DNA from: Toensbergia leucococca
Lineage: Eukaryota
Length of the DNA: 64,000 nt
Reading direction: 5' to 3'
Assembly (NCBI GenBank): GCA_022813965.1
Contig: JALDZS010000026.1
Span: 62,001 to 126,000 of the forward strand
Shown here: piece after piece, positions 13,601 to 24,771 of the stretch
Position numbering within the stretch: position 1 is the first letter of the stretch
How the letters are laid out: each line of letters begins with the position of its first letter
Notes under the pieces: model-generated
Databases searched by the model: none
The model's input: the letters and a program-made list of their open reading frames with translations, nothing else
What the model was told of the DNA's origin: nothing
Made by a program: the position numbers and the translations under genes

Positions 13601-14098
13601 CCCGGCGACGTGCGCACCGAGTGCAAAGTTGCCATCAAAGAATTCGCAAAGAAGGAAACCACACGCAAGCGCCCCGCTCGCCTGACCTTTTACGACGCCA
13701 AAGGCGGCGCCTCGGGCTCGGGCATCTCGACCAAGGCGTTTGAGTTCATCGACCTGTTGCTCCGGCGGGCGTGCGAGCGCGTGGCGGCTTGTTGCTGCAT
13801 CGACGGCTGCGTCGAGTGCGTTTGCAGCGAGCGGTGCAAGGAGCAGAATGTGGTGATGAGTAAAGCTGGCGGGGAGGTGATTTTGAAGATGTTGCTTGGG
13901 AGGGAGGTGGATGTTGAGGGGTTGCCGTGGGGGCCGGAGGAGGAGAAGACGCCTGCTGGGATTGAGACTGTGGTTTTGGCGGAGGAGGTTAGGGGGTTGG
14001 GGGGCAGGAGGGTGGAGGTTCTGGAGGGAGAGGTGGTTGTCAAGTTTGAGGGGGAGGAAGGGGAGGTAGCTGTCAAGATTAAGGTTGAGGAGGAGTGA
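10625..14098 (+). CDS. HRQ1: RecQ4-family ATP-dependent DNA helicase Hrq1 (DEAH box plus C-terminal Cys-rich DUF1998/MZB domain)
   Basis: Single 1157-aa ORF. TSTSSGKS (Walker A), PTKALAQDQ, DELH, SAT, TNALELGVDIG, QQSGRAGRR, HAAEHA and C-terminal CCCIDGCVEC. Confidence 0.93.
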   Translation: MPKLEAATVSNHVVRKRKRAAGSESVENTSQKPLSGESPSTSTTIPTKTHDGGKKPHRAPNAKAATSKPPLLRRDSSTIVETTIAWPAHFTKLAQTHRALNLVYTFCCTRKHLATTFDTIKKTVEGHIKRELLVEDVAQIKALVPRAINFAYVDEAMLQVAVLGEEDGIKGGRAKDFRSLDFDKEDTANATVENNRSKELLLFEFVDGDLKRQVTNAKTGEPIKPFRKLREEDLKMPVFSQKQMMKLIEKRNTKFTSAVNAFLNQCATKDVDAVDMLRMEEKPFIPVPSDSRGNTPAPDQGAKPPPTIPTERKTVSEIIAEVKAMEWYSGQIVPDGHRVFDPQPPIFGDLNFQLSQNLVNALYNTRGITQLYSHQAEAINNLYEGHNVIVATSTSSGKSLIYQIPMLHELELDPNSRGMYIFPTKALAQDQRRSMKELLRFMPGLENVVVETFDGDTAMPDRNIIRDEGRIIFTNPDMLHITILPQEDKWRTFLQNLKFVVVDELHVYNGLFGSHVAFIMRRLRRICAAVGNRHVKFVSCSATVANPEEHMRTIFGVDKIRLTDFDGSPSGRKEFLCWNTPFKDPKDPSSGRGDSMAESARLFCQLVLRGVRVIAFCRVRKQCELLIGAVRNEAANLERPDLAARVMGYRGGYAPQDRRKIEKEMFEGKLMGIIATNALELGVDIGSLDAVITVGFPYTISNLRQQSGRAGRRNKDSLSVLVGDCFATDQHYMDNPDEIFTSSNCALQVDLQNTLVLEGHLQCAAFEMPLRPDEDSPYFGSQLASVAAERLVADPQGFYHCNERFRPLPSKCVAIRDTEEGHFAVVDITNNRNIVLEEVEPSRAFFTLYDGGIFLHQGHTYLVKDFSPDNKIAKVSRVTVDWTTQQRDYTDIDPIATEAIRRIPGTLTRAFYGAIKIRAVVFGFFKLDKKRRILDAVQVDNPPVEILSKGMWLDVPKQALDILNARRLNVAGAIHAAEHAVLSLLPNFVISMPGDVRTECKVAIKEFAKKETTRKRPARLTFYDAKGGASGSGISTKAFEFIDLLLRRACERVAACCCIDGCVECVCSERCKEQNVVMSKAGGEVILKMLLGREVDVEGLPWGPEEEKTPAGIETVVLAEEVRGLGGRRVEVLEGEVVVKFEGEEGEVAVKIKVEEE

Positions 14099-15159
14099 GT
14101 GCTTTGCTAGGGGAAGAGGAGGTGTGTTTTTGTACTTGAGTAAGCATGTTCTCTGCTAGGCCGGAAGCTTGCTCTAGGCTGGGAGCTTGCTATCCCATCA
14201 CTTCTGTCTGCAAGTAGCTTCAAGGCTACAGCAACCCTGGGAGCTTCTAGACAGTTATTTCAATCAGAACAAACCAATTCCTCTTGTTCGATGAACAGGC
14301 ATATACAAACCCATCCCGTGCGCTGGCATACTCTATTTAATCAAGCGACCGGACAGGAATTGGGATCTTGCGGAACAGGGTGTGATTTTACACACAATTT
14401 TCCTTTTCGATGGACGTTGCTTCATGCTTTCCACAACTACAGCATAATAGGATCCTCCCAGCCGGCACGCGTACGTGGAAGTACAAAGAGCTTCCGAAGT
14501 TGGTGATGGCCAGCGTCTACTATCACAGTGCCGGAATTATAGTTCAGCGAGATGGGTAGTGCGCTTGATGTCCCAACCTACTGGTAGGTGGTAAGGAAGG
14601 ATGGTCCTTGCAAAGCAATTTGCCTTTTTTCAATGATTGTTACGTACCTGCTCAATTACTCGAGCAAGCAGTTAGGCAGCAAAAACCTTGCACAAAGGTG
14701 GGCAATCAAATGTAAAGCTAATTGTCAAAGTATAAGAAGCAACCTCTACGGCTCTTCCCAAAAAGAATGAAACAATCATCAGTATCGTTATATATTTCGG
14801 GCGCTGAGATAAGTACATAGTCGTGTCATGCATGATAAAGAAACGTTCGGTCCCAATTGGCTACCGAAACGTGAAACTGTCCCAGCGAATTCGAAGCGAA
14901 GATAGGTCCCTGCCATAAGTGAAAAGATGTTGATCCCAGCCCATTTGAAGCGAAAAAGGTACCTGCCTGTCCTGGGGAACGCTCTGGGCCCTATCGGTAC
15001 CGAGAGGATGAGTCACGGACCCCGGTCGTGATCTAGCCCGTCTGCACAGCAGGAGTAATATGCTAAGAGAAGTCGTAAAAGGGTATCTTGAACTTATTGC
15101 AAAACCATGGCAGGCTGCATATTGCCCGGGTGGACGATGGAAAAGCCCGATCCCGATCC

Positions 15160-17649
15160 TTAGGGATTGTGCCATTTGGCATATGTGCTTTCGTTGAAGT
15201 CCGGCTCGTAGCTTGAAAGGCCATCCATGGGGAAGTATGGCTCTTGTTGCAGCATGTTCTGCTGTGGATCTGAGTCATGGAAAAATTCTGCGGGGGCCTT
15301 GCGGAGCATTTCCGGGCTGTTGGGCTTGGGGCTGTCGTCGACGCTAAGGGTGGAGAAAATGGCCTTCAAGGTGCGTACATCTTCGCTGGTTTGGTTGAGG
15401 GTTGGAGCCGTGCGTCCCTCGATGAAAGAGCGTATGCTGCGGATGATTGGGGGATAACCTTCATCATTGGGCAGCCACCAGTGCCTGACCTCAGGCATGC
15501 CCCAGAGCTCGGCCATTTTGCTGCGAAAGGTTGCCGGGTAGGTGTAGCTACATGTCAAGATTAGCTTGGACTCCAAAGCTTAGTGTAAACACTCCAAAGG
15601 TCTTCGTTTCTTGTGAGAAATGCTTATCTTACCCCATACTTTCTATCATGGCCAGCTTCCGCCGGCACCATATCCCATGCTTCTCATCTTTTGGTAAGAA
15701 AACGCTAGCAATACCCAAGCTAGCCTGGGCTGTGAGGATAGAGCCCCGGGGGCTTTCCGGCCAGTATTCGATAGCCTCGAAAATCCTACACATTTCCAAA
15801 GCCAAATGCATGAGCTCCGACGGAGGTTGTTGCTGCAGCGCTAAAGCGGTTTGATGCTTGTGCATCAATGTCACAGCATACCAATCGATCATCATGAAAT
15901 TGATGGTCCACAAGGCGCCTTTGTAGATGCCTCCAGGTTTGTACGGATCCACGATATCCTCCGGATCTGGGTCCCTTGCGCCTCCGAACGACTGAACCAG
16001 ATATTCCGCATTCGAGAGTAGCGGAGCTAGCTGGTCTTTCCAAGCCCGTATGTGCTCAGCAAGCACATTATTTTCGGTAGTGAAATCCGCCTTTGATATC
16101 TTGCCTTTACTAAATTTTGCGAAGAGTAAGGCCATGTCCATTGCCGTCAAGCGGTGAGTCGCTATGTGGGCTTCAACTTTGAAATCTATATTGTTTGAGT
16201 GCTTCTGTGACTTCTGTACATAATACTGTTGGTTGGCAAAGAACCACTCGCGCCCGAGTACTGTTGCAGAACCTGACATCAACCCTGCGAAAAGGTCAAA
16301 CCGGGCATACCAAGCAAGAATCTTCCGCTGAATCTCCGTTTGCATGATCGAGTTTACTGAATACAATTCTAAAAGCATTCCGCAAGCAGCCTTTTGATGG
16401 CCGAGTAAGTTCACCCAGTCTCCTAGGTATTCCTACAATCACACTTAGTTGGGCATATACAAAAGCGTCATGTCAAGCGTACCTCAAAAGCAGCCAGCTG
16501 CAATATCGTTAACATCGTGGCGTCGGTATGCGGTTCACCGGCCTGTAATTTTTTTCGCAGCGAAGAAACGGATTTATTGTAAAACCCCAAGAAGTCCTGA
16601 ATCTTGCCATCAGGCTTTTCTATGGTTGAATGGAACGCGGCAAACCCTACAACAGCAAAAAGGAGTGGCTCGTAACTTAATGCATGCTCAAGCAGGACTG
16701 TGTGAACGAAATGATTGGCGTCGTGTTTGAAGAAGTAATGGTGATACGTGAGCGAATTCTGATGGTAGTCGAGGTAGTACTGCAGATGTTGGGGTAAGTG
16801 TGACCACAACGACCTGTCATCAGACCCGGTTGTAGACACCGAGGACAGTTTTTGGAAGCCGGCCGATCCCGCGCGCGAGACTGAAGGGTTGCTAGACTCC
16901 TCTGCTGACGGAGAAAGGCTTTTCTCTTTGGCGTGATCTTGCGGCTGCGGTAAGGCTTTCGGGGCTTGGGATGAACGAGTGCTTGTTCTCTTAGGGGCGG
17001 AGCCTTGGGTCCTTGGATTGGATGCAACGGGCCGCGGCTCTCGTTTCCCCTTGGTGTTTGGTGGTGCTTCTGGTAAGGGCGGCGGTGGCTCTCTCTCTTC
17101 GTCTTCATACTCGCTCGAAGACGGCTCGCTATCTCGTTCTTTTGCCTGATCCTTGACCGCTTTACTGGTAGATTTAGTATTGGATGGGGTTGCCGGGTAA
17201 ACACAATCTCTCCCGCCTTTCTTACATCCTGCCATTAAGAGCCCTGATTAGTGAAATATTCAGACCACCAGGCGAGGACGAGAAACAGACTCTCGCATAT
17301 GGGCCGTTGCTCGTCGCACTGTGCAGAATTGACAAGTCAGTATCAGTGACTGTGCTAAGCTTGTGACCGGAAAGCCAACCTTGACCCTCCTGCTTCGACA
17401 GGTATAGCATCCACTTCTTGTCCGTCTATGCTTTACGTGATCACTACCTGGAGGTGGGCGGCGCCGAACTCTTGCAGTCACTTTGGGGCCTCCTCCAGAT
17501 GCGTCGCTGTCAAGGTCAAACCATCGGCCAACATTGGTCGAAGATGGTTTTTGTGACTCGCTCAGCATGCTGCTGTGATCATAGAACCTCGAAGATGGGT
17601 TGGTAGTGTCGACATTTGGCGGCGGATCGGGTTGATAGTATCCGCTCAT
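15160..17649 (-). CDS. Zn(II)2Cys6 transcription factor with fungal-specific TF domain
   Basis: The spliced cluster RTRSGCYTCRSRRVK|CDEQRPICE|GCKKGGRDCVYP is split over three exons. ORFs 16468-17235, 15629-16414 and 15160-15576 join through GT-AG introns and resemble the Fungal_trans_2 middle region (LLFAVVGFAAFH, TILQLAAFE, WYARFDLFAG). Confidence 0.88.
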
Positions 17650-19763
17650 GGTGGACGTAGGCCGTGATTTAGCTCGGGCCAGGACCTGCAGATACTCGGA
17701 GCGCAAGCAGATGTCTTTGCAAGGAGACGGATAAAGGGTTGAGGATGCTCGCAATGGTCAATGAGGTTTGGCTTAACGCATAGACGTATCGGGGGAAGCT
17801 TGGATGTCTGGGGGTCTGGGAAGTGATATCAGCGGTAATCAAATTACAGATTCCGAGAAAAGTGATCACCCTGAACTAGAGATGGCAATCTGTCGAGCAC
17901 GGCAGCGCACGAGTCTACAAGGATTAGAGATGCCTCATAATGGTCAATCTCATGGCCAAGTAGGTAGCAATCGCAATTCATGCGCGCTCCGGGGATTGAT
18001 CAGCCTGCGTTGGTCTACCTCGATGGGCACTAGCTACGGATAGTTCTAGTAGCGGAGCTTTATCTTGTACTCGGTGGGTATCCTCACGGTGGCTGAGGGA
18101 CACGAATAAGGGCGACTACTCGACTACCTTACTTGCCCCATCCTCCCGCCGCCACGATAACGATGGATGCAGGATTCTAAGTTTGTGGGTGAAGATCGGC
18201 CTTGTTCCTGAGGTAATCTGCAGTGATCGCTGTGCATACAAAGGCCCAAGCTCCCACAGCAGCGGCGAGCAGCAATTGGACGGATTCATGCAAAAGATGA
18301 CTGCACCAATGGTGTGGCCTATCAAACGGCTCCTAATAGTGCACACTGACTGCTGCGACGCGCCAGCATAACTGACGGTGGTGACGAAGTGTCGTCGGCT
18401 CTCGCGCTCCATACAGCTACGAGTACCTTGCCTAGACTATCTATTCCATAGGTAGGCTATGTCGCTGAGGTACTTACCTTAATCTATCCTCAGGTGTTTT
18501 CTTCGTTTCATTCAGTGGGATGCATGCTTTAGCTCTGGACTTAGCTTAGCCAGGAAATGGGAAGTGGGAAGTAGGAAATGGGTACCGTCCTCCCATCACA
18601 TTGATCGTCAACGCAAGGCCGGGCCGGATTAGTGGCTCAAATGGCTCCGTTGAAGCTGCTTGTTTTCCGTTGTATTCCCCACTTCTGACTGTGGTTTCAG
18701 ATCATTCCTCGGCCCAAATCCAATCATCATCCAACACCCGCAAAGCTAATCACCATCTACTCACCACCATGCGGGTTTCAGATGTCATCAAGTATGCTAC
18801 GAGTACCGTATATGCAAGCCACCTTCCTGGCCACTATTCTATCCCTCGGAGACGGGACAACTTCCGCCAGATATCGTGACTGTTCATTCGTGTCCACTGA
18901 CACCTTGATCATTATGTGTGCCTCATGGGAAATGCACGCTCTGACAGCACAACTGGACCAAGAAACTTAATGACCGTCCACTCCGATTTGATAAGCCACA
19001 AAGTGGAAACAGTACAGCCAAATCAACATGATTCGTCAACTGTTTTAACGTTGAAGGTGTGTCTCATATCAGCTGGTAGTCGATACTCGAGTACATTTCC
19101 CCTCGCCTTAAGATCCCGAAGCTGCCCATGCAAGGTAAGAAGACTTGGATGAATCTGATGATACATGAATGTTCATCCCGATCTTTGTCAGTCTCTTGCT
19201 GATCAGAATTCAGAAGGGACTCCTTCTCGAACCCTTGCGACCTTGGCCTTTCCTTTGCGAGATACTTTAGAGAACTTGATATCTATGTTCTGACTCTCCA
19301 CGGAGCAGACCTAGTGGTCATCTCCAGAGTGGTTTCTTTTCTACTCCCGAGGGAGAAGAAAGCTTGGCTGCCAGGTGACAGAACCTAGTGAAACCCATTG
19401 GAATGACACCGGAGCAATCATGAAAGTTTTCAATGCCGTCGTCACACGTGTGCAGGAATCAGTAGCTGAGTATTATCCTGTCACCAAGGTTACTCACAGC
19501 TACCAACGATCTTCGAGGAGCCTAAGGGGAAAGAGGATCTTTGATGCTACCCTCCTGAAGTTGGACGTTGATTGAAATTGGTTTAAAATTTGGTACTGGT
19601 ACCCAATTTCATTTTCATACAATTCGGTTGTAAGTATTGACTTTTACGCTGTTTTTCACATTTGATGATGGCCTCGTTTGCAAATTAGAACGGTACGGAT
19701 ATCATGTCCGGTCGAAGCTGGCCTCATCGAGGTAAAACCAAGCGTCGATCCTAGAGCGATACC

Positions 19764-21230
19764 TTAGTCTCCAAATAGGTCCTCAGCTGTCAAATCAATA
19801 GACTTTGATGTACGCCTACTGGATACGCCCACCCTAGGCAATTGCAGAGTTAAGGTCTTGCCTTTGTATGACATGTCGACTCCACTCCATAAAGTTTCAC
19901 CCCGCTTCAATACATTTTCAAATGCTATCTTTGCTTTGACCATTTCCGCTTGCTTCTTCTCTAAGCTTTTGTCATATTGAGACCTGGCTAGAATGCCCCT
20001 CAGCCTTTCGTCTGCTAGGGCTGATCGTCCCCTAGAGGAAACTTCGCCATTCTCCTCAGGTAATGTAGAAATCGAAAGGTCACCGATCCATAGAGCCACC
20101 ATACCCTTCAAATTCCAAAGTCTAGCGTCGTCTGAGTATGGAGGAGAGAGCTGGAGTTCGTCTAGGCGGGTCACGATTTCCAGCCCACGTTGCAAAGCGG
20201 TGGTACGGATGTCTTCCATCTTCTCATAGTTGCTTCTGTTCAGCTTCGGTGATGAAGCCTGAGGAGGAGTACCGTCGTACAAATCACCGTAATCTTGTTT
20301 GCCATCCTGCGAGGCATTTTCCACATTTTCCATGCTAGATTTGTATTGCTGCTGTACTATGTAGATCCAGAGTCCAAACATGGCTAGGTAAAAGTCTAGT
20401 GCGTTGACTGAATTAGGGAAGGTCTTACTATAAGGATATTGCAGAATCAGTCGCTCGTAATAGTCTTTCACTCTGTCAAAAGCTTCCTCACTAAAAGGAT
20501 ATCTTGATACTAGCAAGGCCTGAGAATCTTGGTTGGTCTCACTTCGATCTGGCGATGTTTCCGCTGCATTGCCGAAATCCTTAAATTGATAGTCACGTTG
20601 AAGGAGGATCTCCGCGCCTATTCCCCATCGACCGTGCGTGCGAATGTCCATGGGATGACCATTCAATGACATGCGAAGGAGCATAGCCCACGCTCTACCA
20701 GCACGAGCATAGTCTCCCTCGAGCATACACCTGTGCAAAATACTAGTGAGCATGTTCAGATGACGTTGACGCAATCCGACCACGGTGCGTATCCCTGTAT
20801 TGGGAAAGTGCGGTGACAGCTGGCCCTTGGAAGTAAATAAGGGCGGCTTCAGTGTCGCCAGGCACTCACTGACATGTCCCTGGGTGCTCAAACCAGGTTG
20901 TGTTCGTGACCATACTGAATGGGGGAATCCACCTCGGGGTAGTTCTGCGTCAAAAGGCTGGCCCGCAACCTGATACTGATTTGCGATTTCCTTGGTAAAA
21001 TTTGCTTCAGCTGGTACTGATGAACGTAGGCTTGATGAACCGGAGATACCATTCGAGGAGGTATGTTTCACGGCCCATGAAATATCTTCGGACCCACTGT
21101 CATGTGAGAGGGAGTCATCGCTGTTGTTGTCCCTCTTCCGCTTCCTAGGGGGTATATGCAGAGATGAACGTGGACCGTCAGCATGAAGGCTTTGACTGAA
21201 GGGAGATGAGAAATACGAGATTGAAGGCAT
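19764..21230 (-). CDS. RRN11: RNA polymerase I core factor subunit Rrn11-like protein
   Basis: Long ORF (first ATG 21230). The segment LRQRHLNMLTSILHRCMLEGDYARAGRAWAMLLR...WGIGAEILL...YYERLILQYP resembles the Rrn11 TPR-like region as I recall it. Confidence 0.65.
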   Translation of the reverse strand: MPSISYFSSPFSQSLHADGPRSSLHIPPRKRKRDNNSDDSLSHDSGSEDISWAVKHTSSNGISGSSSLRSSVPAEANFTKEIANQYQVAGQPFDAELPRGGFPHSVWSRTQPGLSTQGHVSECLATLKPPLFTSKGQLSPHFPNTGIRTVVGLRQRHLNMLTSILHRCMLEGDYARAGRAWAMLLRMSLNGHPMDIRTHGRWGIGAEILLQRDYQFKDFGNAAETSPDRSETNQDSQALLVSRYPFSEEAFDRVKDYYERLILQYPYSKTFPNSVNALDFYLAMFGLWIYIVQQQYKSSMENVENASQDGKQDYGDLYDGTPPQASSPKLNRSNYEKMEDIRTTALQRGLEIVTRLDELQLSPPYSDDARLWNLKGMVALWIGDLSISTLPEENGEVSSRGRSALADERLRGILARSQYDKSLEKKQAEMVKAKIAFENVLKRGETLWSGVDMSYKGKTLTLQLPRVGVSSRRTSKSIDLTAEDLFGD

Positions 21231-21965
21231 AATGTTGACCACGATAATAAGATGGTAAGATCAGAATGGGTTCAATGAAGCGAATCATCGATGAGAGGAT
21301 TGCATGCTAAGAATCTCTTAGGGGCGGTTGACATGTGAATCGAGATCTGCAGAAAGGATGCAGCTTATCTGCACGCAAATGTTGTTTCCAAGCTCGACCG
21401 TTTAAGGGTCCAAGTTGATGGCGTGCACGGGGAGTTCGTCATGGGCAGCTGATATTGCAAGTGGTTGGAGTGTACCGGGCAATACCGACTCACATCTTGT
21501 AAATGAAGATGATGACGGTGATGATAATGATAAGGTAAGGTACGAGTGCTCATAAAGTCATGAAGGTGAATTGAAGGTAATTGTGTGACTTGGATGGGTG
21601 GTGAAGTCGGTCGGGGCTGAGATGTTAATGGCATCCTCATCCCATTCTTAGCGTCAAATACCAAATACCAAACGCTCCTTCAAACACCCCGTTCACCAAC
21701 ACACAACCTCATCCTCTCATATCCCTGGCATTCTCACTGAACTCTGTCATACTTCAAACTTATCCAAGCCTTCCTTCACGCTTGAAGTCCCGCGAGTCTC
21801 ACCCGAATCCTGTGACGAGGTAATCATCCACCTCAACGGGCTCGGCTGAGCGAAAGCCTATCCGACTTCTTCGTGACAATCAAGACTTTTTGTATCATGG
21901 TCTAGTCAAAAGCAAACTATCTCAGGTAGAGTCCTTTTCCCGTTGGAGATAATTTGTTGCCTGTC

Positions 21966-24771
21966 ATGGGACAGAGCGCCTCCTCTCAGCGCGAACGCGA
22001 GGAATTTCTCCAACGAGACTCACGCCGTTTCTCGCAGCTAGTCCAAGACAGAGAAACTAGGGATACTCAGCAGACACACCTACGGAGCTCACGACGTGAA
22101 CAAGCCGACCGATCACCATCCCCTTTGTCAAGACAAATTTCTCAACGGCAAGACACTCAACCGACACCACCCTTTGCAACCTTCAGCCGACAGATATCTG
22201 CACAGTCTATTCCTGTAAGAGGAAGCTCGGCAGTGAATGGTGACACATCAACACGCAATGAGGTATTCTATGAGCAGGAGGAGAGGCCGTTGGTCAACAT
22301 GGAGGACCTAGGCATGCGTAACGCCCCGATAACACACATCACTGCATCGCCAATGCCAAGACGACCATCAATAATGTCAAGATTGGGATCAAGGTTCTTG
22401 CCCCGATACTCAACCGTGGGGCCCTCAAATAATAGTCAAGAGAGCTACGGAGAAGGCCGCACCCTGAGACGACGCCTGTCGGATAGAGTTCCTTCAAGGC
22501 AAACAGATAGCCCGGATTCTCGGAGTAGTAATAGATTCTCCATGCTCGGACCTCTTTCTCCCGGATCCTCCACTTCATCGCGCTCAAGGCGGAGAAGAGA
22601 GCTTGCCCCCATATCCAGACCATTCCCTCTGACGGTGGATGGATCATTACCCCCATCGGGCTTCATAGCATCTCCACTACGCACACAGGCAGGGGATCCG
22701 GAATCACCTACTCCGCGTATATCTGCTGCCGGCTTCAGGTCGTTGTCTCTTAGGAATTCCCGCCTGTCAAGAGTTCGTAGGTCGATATCAAGTCCACTCG
22801 AAGGACTTTTCTCTTCGCCCCATAATCAGTCGGCTCAAGATCACGAAGCCCCGCCCGCGCCTCGACGGCCTACAAGAAATGTGGCCGCTGATGACGCTGA
22901 CTATCTACTACCGCCGTTGTCCGTGACAGACTCAAGTATTGATCTGAATGATTCTGCCCTCGAATCAAATATCGATCCGGGACTTGCCCCTAATAGAGAG
23001 CAGAGGATGCAGATTTTTCCATCGGTTTCAGAATCACCGGAACATCCTCTTGCTGGGACGGATCCTTCTAACGTCGCCGATGCTCCTCGATGGACACATC
23101 GATGGACAGAGCAGGCTTCTGCAGCAAGGAGAGAAGCTCGGCGAGTACCAAACTTGCTTCGAGGTAGGTCAAGTCGACTGATCAGACGTGATGACGAGGG
23201 TCCTTTGCCACGTATTCTGCAACTGGCTGCAGCAGCCATTGCGGCGCAACTATCAGGAACCCCAAACCAAGCCATTACCAATATGGAAGCGCTTGGTGCG
23301 GATGGTCTTGATGGAAGTTTGAACACACTCTTTCAAACTTTGCAAAATGCAACGACTTCGGCTGGTGATGGAAGCACTGCCGCTCGTACCACACCTCCAA
23401 TGAATTTCTTACGGGTCTTCCGCTTTGTGAACTCAACTCCCAACAATGGAACAGCAAGTGCAGGTTCGCGAACGCCAGCTGAAGAAAATAGCGCTACTAA
23501 TGAAGATAATGATGACGGCTCCGATGGGCGGACCGTCACGTTAGTTGTAGTTGGCGTTCGCTCTGTTCCTTCTGGAAACTTGGGACATGGAGATACAGCC
23601 GCGGAAGAGCCTAATCTTGATGCTCTACTGAGTCTGCCGATGGTTCCTTCTAACAATGTGCTCAGAAGCGGGACTGGAGGATTGCTAAGACATGCCGATG
23701 GAAGACCTAGATTCCCACACCGTCGACGGGCATCTATGGGTGGTGTAAATACCTTTCCAGCCAACTATGATAGCCAACGACATCAACGTATGCATAGTAC
23801 AAGCCGTCCAGTTTCAGGTCAAGCAACACCAGTCGCTAATTCTGCGGCTCCTCTTGCACTTTCGGATTCCCCTCCAGGACCTCATCCTCCACCGTCCAGT
23901 CCTGCTGATGGTTTGTCCGCATACCCTTCTGGAACCACAACGCCAAATCGTCGACCATCCTCCGCATCTGCTCTACAATACACGCCGAACCCAAGCCATG
24001 AGATTGCTACCCAACATCTTCAAGATGCTGGGCTTTTAGCGCCAACAGACGATCAATCTACAAGGGCTGTGCAGCAACGACGACGAAGCGACTCGGAATT
24101 CGCACGTCATCGAGATCTAGGGGCTGGAGCTGCAAGACGCAATGGTGTCGTTGAGCCTGATGACGCACCATCTCAAGGAAGTCGGAGCTGGCTGATCTAT
24201 GTGGTTGGGACCAACCTCTCCGAAGACCATCCTGCTTTTGCGACTCCTAGTCTGTTTACTGATGTACGTCCATTCCATCAGTCTGTAGCATTTGTATCAT
24301 TCTTTCCTTCACTAACATTTCACTTGCTAGAACCCAACGTACGAAGACATGCTATTGCTATCATCGCTATTGGGTCCTGCGAAACCACCAGTGGCCAGCC
24401 GCGAGGATGTCGCATCCGCGCCTGGAGTCTACCGGATACGCCGAGCCGCGGGTGCCCTCGTTGCGGAAGCTCTTGATGGCATTCAACGAATCCAAATAGT
24501 ACCGGGCGAGCGCTGTCTAGTCTGTCTGTGCGATTACGAGCCAGAAGAAGAAGTCCGGCAATTAGCCAAATGCACTCATCTTTTCCATCGCGAATGCATT
24601 GATGAGGTATGTCATTTCGAACTTAGTCGTGAATATGGATTGTGTGCTGATAGATGTTGCTTGCAGTGGCTGACCACTGGACGCAATTCCTGCCCCTTAT
24701 GCCGCGGTCAAGGCGTCGATGAGAAGGACACCCCTCGACAGGAACCAGGCCGGTCCTCGTCCACTGCCTAG
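21966..24771 (+). CDS. RING-H2 finger protein (putative E3 ubiquitin ligase) with N-myristoylation-like start
   Basis: MGQSASS start and a long low-complexity region, then RSWLIYVVG...FTD|NPTYEDMLLLSSLLGPAKPPVAS and RING-H2 CLVCLCDY...CTHLFHRECIDE|WLTTGRNSCPLCR. Introns ~24264-24330 and 24607-24666. Confidence 0.88.

Noticed and set aside
12785..14076. Long antisense and alternate-frame ORFs inside HRQ1 (258 aa, 216 aa, 128 aa), and similar ones over eIF3g
   Set aside because: Shadow ORFs produced by extreme C- or G-ending codon bias, which removes stop codons. Low-complexity translations.
15160..17649. Secondary-metabolite cluster around the Zn2Cys6 TF, SDR or methyltransferase
   Set aside because: No PKS, NRPS, terpene synthase or tailoring-gene grouping in the window. 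Neighbours are housekeeping genes.
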